From: Chlorokybus atmophyticus
Taxonomy: Eukaryota; Plantae; Mesostigma and Chlorokybus algae
Assembly: GCA_009103225.1 (NCBI GenBank)
Contig: RHPI01003642.1
Span: forward strand, 735,099-799,098
Length of the DNA stretch: 64,000 bases
Direction: 5' to 3'
Each line of letters starts with the position of its first letter. Within the stretch, counting starts at the first letter, position 1. Shown here piece after piece: positions 52,428-63,038 of this stretch. A program made the translations under genes and the position numbers. The notes beneath the pieces were generated by a model that was not told the DNA's origin, did no database searches, and saw only the letters and a list, made by a program, of their open reading frames with translations.

Positions 52428-53737
52428 ACATTTCTTGACGCTGCTCGTGCTTGGTGAAGAACATGTCTGACTGTTCGCAGAAGCGCGGGAAACACACGAC
52501 GCTCGATGCCATTCGGGTCGATGAGCTGCAGACCTTCCCAACTCGCCCGCTTCACATCCCCTAACACTACATTCAAAGCGTCATGAAAAATCTCACGTTT
52601 CCGAATGGAGAACGATTCCTTGCCCTGCGCCCAGGTGGGATGCCCGGCCACTGCGTGAACCACCGGCAGAAGCGCTATCATAACAACCCCCATGTTGCTA
52701 GCATACATGTCCCAACTGTAGTTGGCAAGCGATGCCATTAGAGGGTAGCCAGAGCGCTTGCCCGCGCTGTCCAGCGTGGTCTTGTCACTGTACAGAATGG
52801 CAGGCGCCAAGTAGGACGCTTCCCCCACCTCTCTCCTCAAATCCACCTCCACATCCTTCCACCAATCGCCCGTGGAAGGATGGCCAAAGCTGTGCTCGTC
52901 ACTAGTGTACTGGAGATTGAAGCCATTGGCGGCATGTGGATTGCCATACAACCGCGCGAGCCATACCTGCTCCGACCAAGAGCATTACTTACTATGCTGG
53001 CCTCAGAATAGATACTGCATCGATACTGCATTAGGTACTGCATTTCACAGACCTTGGCCGGCATATATGTGACGCAGATGTCCTGATCCTCAGGGTCTCC
53101 AGGCTTGCGCAGGTCAGCCGTCACGTAGTTCTGATACGGCAGCACACTCGCATGTGCATATGTGACATGGCTCTGATGGTTGAAGCACATGCACCGCACA
53201 CCGTGAACACACCTCAGACTGAGAGAAAGCAATCGTGGTCCGGAGGTAGCTGGCCGCATGCACACCGGTCTCCCACTGGAGCTCTTCCGTCAGGAAGTGT
53301 GCATTTCGGATGCACTTGATGATCCGCCCCATGTCGGAGGCCGACAGGCCTTGGCCGTTGTTGCACTGCACGAATGCCACTGCAAGAGCATGCTCCGAGC
53401 CATACCACCTGGATTCCGACGCGTGCGAAGGGACGCCTCCACTTCCATGTTGGCGTGCCACAGGTTTCTCAGGCACACGCACACATCGAAAGCCCTCGTT
53501 CACTTCCTCCTCCTCCTGTTGCTGCTGTGCGTGTGTCTCCTGGAGGAATCCTTCAGCATCAAGCATGTGAGCATCCTGGATCGAACTCCCCGGTTCAACA
53601 TGACCCGCATCGTACTGTAATGGACGCTGGCCGACATACAGCTTGATCTGCTTGCACACCCTGCTGCTAATAATGTGCATGTAGACCGAGCTGCGTGTGG
53701 CGAAGCGCATGTGGCAATACGGACAAAGGACTCCCAT
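52428..53737 (-). pseudogene. Plavaka transposase with N-terminal C2H2-like zinc finger; 3 exons, disrupted C-terminus
   Basis: MGVLCPYCHMRFATRSSVYMHIISSRVC; VWLARLYGNP; PAILYSDKTTLDSAGKRSGYPLMASLAN; IALLP; IFHDALNVVL; DPNGIERRVFPAL match Plavaka motifs. The frame breaks after FPALL, and EQSDMFFTKH continues in another frame to a stop. Confidence 0.85.
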
Positions 53738-54246
53738 ATCTCACTACTAACGTCGACACAGGTGTCGCCAATGTAACCTGCATCATATCCAGCAACACGC
53801 ACAGCCGCCGCCGCCGCCGCCGCCGCCACCGCCACCGCTACCGCTACCCTTGCATGCCAGAGGCGGGAAACTTGGCCGCCAGTCACTGGCTCCGTCGTAC
53901 CATTATAATGGTACGATCGAGCCATTGAACGTCCAGGGTGAGTCTGGATATATATATATATACATATATATTCTGATTGAACCGTTTCAATGGTACGAAG
54001 ATGCCTTTGCCACAAGGTATAGGCATTGTACAAAGGTACCATTGAAATGGTACCTTTGTACAATGGCAATGGCAGTTCGTACCATTGACAACTCTGGCAA
54101 TGTCAGTCCCCCTGCGCATGAAAACACCATTGATAGCTCCGCCAAGCTATGCCCTTACAGGGGCGTGATGCCGAGGGTATGTGGCGTTTGGAAGATCGTT
54201 GGCGGCGCTGCCAGGGGCGTAGTGGGCATTGTGGTCGAGGTCCGGG

Positions 54247-55102
54247 ATGAATTCCATGTTCGCACAGGGCGGGCAGGGTGCCGGAGGGGTGTCCTCGGTG
54301 TCAAACCCCACCAAGACTACCAAGGGCACATCCAATGACAACAGTGACTCGGGCGATATCTTACAGGGCTCCCCATCCGAGTGGGCAAAGGCACACCACA
54401 ATACTGCCTCTAAGAAAATCCGACCCACCAGCAGCTGCGACCACGGCGACATGATTGAAGGGACCAAACAAGACTGGCATAACCAAGGTGGGTTACGATG
54501 CACTGTCAATGCCACATGCTAGGGTTCTTTTATCTTGCACATGCACAGCCTCAAGTATCTTGCACTTGACATACATTGTCAATACGACATGCACACCCTC
54601 ATGCACAACCTCCAGTGTCATGCACATGAACAGCATGACCAATCTCGCAAATGCACAGCCTATTTCTACTTGCGGGAGCTCACAAGTCGCAAAAGAGAAG
54701 CTGCGGAGTCAAACGAACGGGTAATCTATGACCTAGTTTAATGTTTCCAGCGGTAATTAAGCAGTATGCTTGCAGATTGCCATGTTGGTCAGAGTGAACC
54801 AAGAGCAGCGCGGCAGGCTGACTGTCTGCCTGGCGGAGTGCAACAAAGCGGAAGACGAGGTAAGCGTGTGTATGCTGATGGGCTAGTCCTCTGGCAGCAC
54901 GCCACTCTTACAGCATTACCAAATGCAGGTGGTCACTCTCAAAGCGACCATCAAGCGCATGCGCGTGCACGGCGAGGCGCTGACATTCAAGCTGAAGGAC
55001 GAAGTAGCCGCTGTACTGTCAGCGAGCGAGGCAGCGGATGAAGATGACTCCGGCGTTGAAGCAGAAGACTCGTCGGAGGAGGAACAGGAGGAGGGGGTTT
55101 GA
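54247..55102 (+). CDS. Uncharacterised ~186-aa coiled-coil protein with acidic tail (4 exons), inside the Plavaka element
   Basis: Exons 54247-54487, 54659-54720, 54776-54859 and 54929-55102 join in frame with GT-AG sites and matching phases (..HNQ|AYFYLRELTSRKREAAESNER|IAMLVRVNQ...AEDE|VVTLKATIKRM...EDSSEEEQEEGV*). Confidence 0.65.
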
Positions 55103-57671
55103 GGAGGAGTTCTTAGGCAGGCACCACGGGTTGACAAGCTGCGCATGAGTCCGACAGCTAGACTCAATGTTATAGGATAGTTTCATGCGCAAGTCGGCTG
55201 CTCAGTTGTGAGTGGACATACTCTCACCACTGCCCGTACATTGTATATATTGTGGGCTTTTAGGTGCAAGACCAAACAATCAGTCCAAGGTTTGTACAAG
55301 CTGCATGGCATGTTAGTGTTGGCTTACGGCAAGAATTGCCAACTTTTGTCAAATGGCAAGGGTCACATATTAACAGCAGTGTAACGGCAAAAAAACTGCC
55401 GGCTATGGCTGTCAGCTGTCCGTAACTACCGGTTAACGGCCGTCTGTGCACATCGACCAAAGGGTAACTGGTTGACAACTCTCGGCCGGTTAGTGCCACT
55501 GACAACCACTTTCGGCCCGCGGCCGTCTGCGTCAGTCCACTTAAGCCAACGGCAAATCCAACAGTCCAAAAGTAATATTTCAGGCAGCAACAGGCAGGCT
55601 CAGGCAGGCTCAGGCACCAGTCAGTCCCTCAGTCCTTAGTCAGTCACCGTGTAAAATTTGCCAGGCTGGCATATACTTTTGCTTTGCCGATTGGCCCATG
55701 TGTTGTGTCTTAAAGATACATGCATGAATAAAAGGATGTATGAGTTGTTGAGTAGGTGGTAGTTTTTGTGGTATATTTCAAGCGGCACATATCCAGCGGG
55801 TAGACATGTGCATGCTAGTGAGCTAGTATGCGCATAACTGCTTGCATGTGCGCGCTTGTTTACTTGCATGTACGCATGTTGCAATTGCTTCTATACACAC
55901 AACAGCAACTGTGTGCAGGTAACACAGTTTTCATGTGCATGCATGACCAATATGGTGGGGTAGTTGAGTTGTCGTAGAAGTATGTAGTATGCCCGGTGGT
56001 GACGATTGTTTGCTCAAGGTATGTGTGTTATAAGTGTGGTGATGAATGCCATGTTGCACGTGTGCAAAACATGTATTACATGTGTGGAAAAGTCTTGAAG
56101 ATTTATGTGACATACATACGCACGCAAAAATGTACGGCAACCACTGTTGCAATTGTCAACACTTGTGTTACAGCTAGCGCAATTGATAGTATTCATCACA
56201 TATGAACCGACAATCGCCGGTTCATATGTATCATCATACACCATCTGCATTTGACAGTTGGCTCCGTGATTCGCATCAATCATGGAGATTTCAGCTGTCT
56301 TTTTCACCTTGCGCACGCAATTGAACGTGTGAATGCAGCGCAAGTAAACCCGCCCACTCCCGCAACAGCAACAACCCCCATCTCAACTCACAGCCTGCGT
56401 TTGGGCCCACCCCTGGTGCCGCGAAAGATCAATGCACGACTGTAAACTAACTTACAAATGGCAACCACGGTAGGGTAGACGACGAAGAGTGAAGCCTTGC
56501 CGGCGCCTCGAGGCGGCGGCGTGGCTCCACAGGGTGTGCGGGAAGGAGGGAAGAAGGGGGTGATGTCGCTGGTGCTGCATATATCAATACCCACTGAGCA
56601 CGATGTGTTCGCAAGGGCCCGAGGCTACAATAGTGGATGCATGACTTACCGGGGTGCGATAGGACGTAAAGTTAGTGTTCGAGAATAGGCAGCGGGCAAG
56701 TGCATGGTGTAGCCCAATGGTCATGTACATGATCATTATGAGACTGTTACCAGCATGCATTTCAACGCCATGCATCACATGCAATGTTGCGTACACACCA
56801 CGCGCACCTCAATACCGCATGCACGACCACCGGGCTAACAATGTCGTCTACTCTACCCCTACTCCTACCGCCCCCTTGTTGGTCATGCATGCATGTCAAT
56901 GGCAGTGGTGGTAGTCACCTGCCGGCGGCTGTATAGGCTGACCATGTATAGCTGATGCAATTGCACACCACAAGCATGCACAGACAAACGGCAGCACAAG
57001 GACAAGCAGCACAGCACAGGCAAGCACAATGAATAAATAACGGTAGGGGCAGCTAAACTAGACTGTACATAGAGCATTGAGGTGAATGATTTGTGCTTGC
57101 TGTAATGTTTGCATGTGGGGTACAGGATATATGAGCAATTGCATAGCAACATGCAGTTGCACATCATCAGACGCATGCAGCCAACCACACGCACCATATT
57201 GCATACACGACCACAGGGCCAACTCTACTCTCTACCCTAACCCTACTCATACTGACGGTGTATGGTGTGCATGTACGGTTGCCATTCGCATTACTGTACA
57301 CATAATGGTAGTGAGAGGACATGTGCAGTATGACTGCTGCAGCAATACACAACACGAGACACATATAGAAACAGCCCGGTGGTGACTGTTATGTGATGAG
57401 CTGTGAAAGCTTGTTGTGATGCATGTCGTTCACATTGCCCGTACACTATGCATGTTGGCACGGTACCGTACCTCTTATATACACAACTTGCAACAAGGAT
57501 TCTACGGGATGCTGTTGTGGTAAGCTTTTGCAGGACGCAGTAAGCAACACTAAGCAAGCAAACCACTGTTGTGGCACACAAGCGACTATTCACACACCCC
57601 AACTGCTCCCCCACACACGTGCAACTGGACACCAATGCTTGTTCGCTGGGCAGCACTCGCGATTTCACACA

Positions 57672-58772
57672 CTAGGCCTGGTCCGGTCCTTGACTGCGGG
57701 TGACAACAGCAACTTCCGCTGGACGTACCAAGTAGTCGCGGTATCTGTAGCCGGGCTGCCAAACAATCTTGCACTTCAATGTTGCAAGAGCCAAACAGTA
57801 CGAGGCAGGTGGAGATCATGTTGACTGCATACCAGAATGACCCTGGAGATGGCATAATCCGGCAGAAGGCTATCTCTTGCCACTGCGTCTGCTTCATGCC
57901 ACTTGGGGTCAAAGGGGTCACCCACGTTGGGCTTGAACTTCTCAATGCCATGCAGCTCAAACACCTGCGGATGGTTGCAGTAAGCAAGCAAGCAAGCGGG
58001 CATACATTGCCACTGAGACGGCGCGTGCAATGCAAACGTCTACGACCAACCCATATATACCTGCTGCAGGCGGCGGTGAGTCATCTGCAAGCCCTCCACG
58101 AGTGACCTCACAATCTGCGCCAACTGGCGTTCCTTGTCTGTAATCAGCTTGCCAAAGTTACCTTGCTTGACGTCCTCAGGGATGTCATCAAGCGTAAACT
58201 CCAGTCTATCAGCAACATCGACGATGTCTCTTGCAAAGTTCTGCACCAGATGACATGTTACAAGTTGGCATACACCGCTTTCTTCAAGCCAGTGCCTGCG
58301 TCTTACACAACATAAGCGCACTCACCACCACAGCCAACTCCCGTTCCATATCCATTTCCTTCTCGGCAACAGTGCGCTGGTTCTCCATTTCAGCCAATCG
58401 GCGCAGCAGCTTGTCCTGCAGGTCAGCAATCTGCACATCTTTGGCGATGAGAGCTGCTTCGAGAGCGGCTATCACCGCTTCCAGGTCAACTTCGGTAGTG
58501 TCTTCGGTAGTGTCCTCTTGCCCCTCAACCGCTGTGCCCGCACTCGGCTGGGGGGTTGCAGCCTCAGCACGTCCACGCTCGGCATCCTGCTGTATGGTCC
58601 ATTCACCGCCACGCTGGGCTTCTTTGGTGCCAGACTTGCGCTGCTCATCCTCCGAAGACGACGGGTGAGCACCACCTCTGTCTGCTGCTGCTGCTCTGGC
58701 AGCAACGAAGTGAAGGCTGCGACTTGTGTCACCCGAATGCGCGGAAAAACCTCTTGCAAATGCCTGTGCCAC
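57672..58772 (-). CDS. Divergent GrpE paralog (5' end unresolved)
   Basis: DLQDKLLRRLAEMENQR...ELAVV|NFARDIVDVADRL...SLVEGLQMTHRRLQQ|VFELHGIEKFKPNVGDPFDPKWHEA...VIL|PGYRYRDYLVRPAEVAVV. All three intron positions are shared with the GrpE at 61-62.7 kb. Confidence 0.85.
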
Positions 58773-58968
58773 ATGTGATCAGCCTTGCATACATGCTTTT
58801 CCGACCAATTGTCCTCACATGCAATTGACAGTATGGCAAGCCCAAGATGCATGACCATGAGGATGCATGCATGCAGAGGGGGGGCTNTACGTCAGAATGG
58901 CACACATATCCCCAGTCGCAGGTGACAATGTAGGTGCAGCCTGCTTGTTGACTTCAAACCACTTGCAG

Positions 58969-59295
58969 GTTGCGAGAATAAAGCAAAAGCGAGGGTACAA
59001 GGACCAATGGCCTTGGAATGTCAAGATCTACAAGGATGATGCTGGAAATCCAAAGGGAGACGCAGTGTTGTCGTACGAGGACCCGCAAGCTGCGCACAGT
59101 GCCGGTGGCTTCTTCAATGGTATTTGCAACCAGTGTCTTGCGCTATCTCTGCGCCTAGTCATGCAGCATCCAACCTCTTGTGCTTGTACTGGTAACAGGG
59201 CATGTTTTCAAGGGTTCTCCGATCACTGTGACAATGGCAGCAAAAAGCGCTCCAAAACCATACAGTGGCGGCGGCGGCGGATTCGGGGGCCGAGG
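58969..59295 (+). pseudogene. TAF15: TAF15/FET-family RRM fragment (2 exons)
   Basis: VARIKQKRGYKDQWPWNVKIYKDDAGNPKGDAVLSYEDPQAAHSAGGFFN|GHVFKGSPITVTMA...GGGGGFGGRG is a plant TAF15b-type RRM. No upstream RGG/ZnF exons are visible (N at ~58887) and no downstream ZnF was found. Confidence 0.8.
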
Positions 59296-61033
59296 GTAAG
59301 GCTTTGTCGGCCAGCTGCTTGTTTGCTCACATTACGTGCTGTAGTCGCTGCACTTCGCGTAGCATGGATGTGTGAAAATTGGCTGCACTACCGCATCACA
59401 TGCCTGCTGGTTGTATGCATCTGCGACTCATCAACACTACACAATACTAGATGTTAAACAGCAATTACAGGCCTTGCCTTGTCTTGCACGCATCCCACCT
59501 CTACGCTAAGAGAATAAACACTAAGACCACTGCCAGCCACTGAACAAAGCACTGCGCGCAACCAACAAGAGATTGTGAAAACATGCACGCATCGACCAGA
59601 TCTCTTATCGCCCAGCGCGTTGACGAGTGCTGAGTTTGCATGCTAACGTCACAACACCAGGTAACCTTGTCTCCTCTGCCTTCACGCATGCAGTTGCATG
59701 CACCTGTCGAGTCTACCCAAAGGCACTAGGACACTCGCATGTAGCACGGACCCCACACAGACTACAGCTACCATTGAACAACTCAAGAGCAACACTTTAT
59801 GCCTAGTTCAAGGACAACGCTCCAGACTGCATGCAGCTGGCATGCAGGCTACACAGGTCGGAGTTTCTGGCTCTACACATGCACGAGCCTCACCTCATGG
59901 TCAGCTCCGGAGAGCCAGGAATCCGTTGGCACTGAGAGACGCTGGTTGAGCCCGGCGCGAGCCAACAGTGCTGTTGGTGTTGTCCTCAAGGAGATGAGCC
60001 TCTGCAGGGCTCTGGCCCCCAGTGTCGAAGTCCTCTCCCTCGCCATGCTGGTAGCCCCCGACGCCGGCGCCCAAGCGCCTGTGCTTGCAGCCATGGCCTA
60101 GCGGAGGTCGCCTGCTGTAAGCTCGCAAGTCAGCAGAATGGCGCCCTGCGCTGCTGGGTTGTCTCTTGCGCATGCCGATATTGCCTCACACTCTTCGTCA
60201 GACCTGCTTGTGACAGCTCTCAGTGCACAGCAGCATTGTGATGACAGCACGTTGAAGGCGCCTGCTGGCATGTCATGTCGGCAGAGGCCTGAAAGAAACG
60301 AGATGATGTTGTTGCGCTAATGACGCCTATGACGCATAAAGGCAGTCTGGATAGGCCTATCATGAGACGTCCACCGCGTCCAATCTCTGCACCTCCGCCG
60401 TACCTGGCATCACGTACCGCAGCCGTCTCTGCCCCTGCTGGAGTGGTGGTGCGTGCACTGGAAGACGGACTGCTAACAACTCATGAATGTGCCGCTCTCC
60501 AGACGGTGCGCTGATTACACGACGTCAGACATCCTTGAGCGCGAGGAGATCGGTCCTGTCCCCAGCACTTGCATCCAAGATCATGCGCTGAAGCAACCAG
60601 CTACCAAGGCATGCTGCCACTCCAGATACAACCAGATGGATAAATCCACAGGCAGTGAAACATGCGATGCATGTGTATACAAGCAATGCTACGCTAGGAT
60701 GGTCACATGCACGGTGTAGACAATGCAGAACACAATTACACATGCATAGAACGTGCCATGAATGGTAGCCATGTGTGGCACGCATGGGTACCATACAGAC
60801 GGGGTCGAGATGGTGGGGCTGGCTGGCAAGGGTTGTTACTGCACATCAGGCAGTGGACATCCAACAGATATGACCATACATACAAGTAGACAACAAAACG
60901 GCGTTTTATTGCAGCCCATGCACCAACACGGGTCAAAAGAATAGCAGCAGCACTCGGAGTCCTCACAAACTAACACTAAGGCAAACCCTAATCATCCCTC
61001 ACCAAGCAACACAAAGTTGACTCGCACGTGCAA

Positions 61034-62692
61034 TCACTCGTCCGCATTCCTAACAACGCCAACCTGCGCAGGGCGCACCACACGGTCGTGCAACTTGTAG
61101 CCAGTCTGCCAGCCAGGCACGGGTAAGTTGCTGCAAGCGCATGCGGAGCAAGGCGACTGTGGGCTACAGACTCTTACCTTCATGACAACGCCAACAGTCC
61201 CGTTGGGTTTGGAGGGGTCCGGAACCTCAAATGCAGCCTCGTGAAGATTGGGGTCAAATGGTTCGCCCAATGGAGTGTACCTTTCAATGCCATGCTTTTC
61301 AAACACCTGCACAGTACTCTGTAAGCGCACACCAGCGCAACACAAGACTTTCCCATTAATCTGCATCTGGTCTCCATGCTTGTGCAAGAACCCATGAAAC
61401 TTGCCTGAAGCAACTGGCGCTCTGTCATATGCACACCCTCAAACAGCGAACGCAGGTACTTGGCCAACTGCTGCTCTCTCTGTGTTGAGCCTCCATTGCC
61501 TTTCCTGTACTCCTGAGGCACAGCATCCATCGCTCTACCCAAGTTGTCTGCTACATCCAGCAAGCCCTTTGCAAACTCCTGCCAACATAAGCATAGATGT
61601 CAGCATGACACACACATCACAACCACAGTGCTGATCACCTCTCAAGGGGTGCGTCTAAAGGGTGCACATGTGTCATTCACAGTTGTTGCAGCCAGATCGC
61701 ATGGTGAACTATATGTTGAGGGTAAACAATATATGTGCGTTGATTACCTGGACAGCGTACTTGCGAGACGTTTCAGCCTGTCTAGATAACCGATCCCGAG
61801 AGTTCTCCATTTCGGCGTAAGAGCGTAAGACCTTATCTTGCAAGTCTTTTATGCGTGCATCCTTCTCTAAGATACTTGTTTCAAGCGCTGTAAATCGTGC
61901 AGCAGCGTCATCAGCTTCCTGCTCATTGCCGTTTGGAGCAGCTGCCGGCGTTTCTTTGGCACCTTCTTGACTGTCGTCTTTTTCCGCATGGCCTTCAGGC
62001 TTCTCCTGTGCTGATGAAGCAAAAGTCCGAGAGTCCGGCAGCCGCCAACCTCGACGTGAAGCTATCCTTATACAGTCCTGATGACTCTCCTGCATTCAAA
62101 CAGTTCAGCAAAACGTTGATGTTGTTGCATGCGTATAGCAACGACCTAGTCAGCCATACGTGATAGGCACAGGCATGTCATAACGAGCTGACAGCGAGCT
62201 CGTCACGATGCCTCCAAGCACGGGCGACCACTGGCACCGGTGCTGACAGTACAAGTACCACTTCCAGCATGCAGACGCAGGCATGCATGTTGCTAACCAT
62301 GCGCTTTGCACTTCAAGCTTGTCCTGTGTTACAAAGATTACTATTGACACATGCAATTCAGATCAACGCATGAGAGAACTGGCGCATACCTGTAACAACT
62401 TGTACACAGCGCACACATGTGGTACAGCCAACGCCGACAAAGTAGGACAGGACATGCGTGCTGACAAGCAGAAACACCAGCAACGCGTGACTCTTGCTTC
62501 GTTCATCAAAGTTTAACACTAAGACGCATAATGGTCAAACCATGTAAAGCATGTGAACGGCTTGATCAACCTCAAGCTTACAACTGCATGCAACGCTGAA
62601 GTCGACGCCCTTATTTCCGTCTGCTGCCGCGCCGCCTGCTGCGCCACGGCGCGACAAGCAGGCCGGACCAGCGCATCCACTGCTCTCCGCAT
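61034..62692 (-). CDS. grpE: GrpE nucleotide exchange factor, mitochondrial type
   Basis: Arg/Ala presequence MRRAVDALVRPACRAVAQQ; DLQDKVLRSYAEMEN, FAKGLLDVADNLGRA, GEPFDPNLHEA, GYKLHDRVVRPAQVGV. Confidence 0.96.
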
Positions 62693-62814
62693 GGCACACC
62701 AGCTCCAAGAACCAGTCCAGACCCCTCCAATCCCCACCACACCACACCACACCAAACGCTACCGCCGCCACCGCCGCCGCCGACAACCTGCGCGTAGAGT
62801 CTGCTTTGCCGGCG

Positions 62815-62826
62815 TTAGGGTTTGAG
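62815..62826 (+). promoter_or_regulatory. Telo-box-like element in the GrpE/TAF15 divergent promoter
   Basis: TTAGGGTTTGAG, identical to 38085-38096. Confidence 0.5.
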
Positions 62827-63038
62827 CTTCTGAACGTTAGTCTGCGCCGTGAGCACTACGCTAGCGGCTGTGCACCCACGGCGGTTTCACCGCCGGCGGC
62901 AGCGGCGGCGGCGGTGGCGTGAGGCGTGGCCTGCCAGGTATGGATGGCGTCGTCATCGTTGTCGTCGTCATGCAAAGCTGCTGCCAGGGTTGAGAGGTCT
63001 TTACTTCTTGGTTGACCTCCAGTGTGTGGGCTTGCAGG

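Larger units (their letters stand above)
51964..55381. mobile_element. Plavaka/CACTA(EnSpm)-type DNA transposon, probably an internally deleted copy
   Basis: Left end CACTACTGTAAC and right end TTAACAGCAGTG (reverse complement CACTGCTGTTAA), each flanked by TA. It encloses the Plavaka transposase and a divergent gene. The ends are short and imperfect, so the boundaries are inferred. Confidence 0.55.

Noticed and set aside
56014-56343. Possible TET/JBP dioxygenase next to the Plavaka element
   Set aside because: No HxD...H...R motif in any frame I could read, and no convincing exon chain.
60983-60992. AAACCCTAA (also 7955, 49508) as telomeric sequence
   Set aside because: These are single units, not arrays, and lie in 3' or intronic positions; they are likely chance occurrences.
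59400-61000. Short ORFs between the TAF15 fragment and GrpE
   Set aside because: No recognisable motifs or consistent splice chain; left unannotated.
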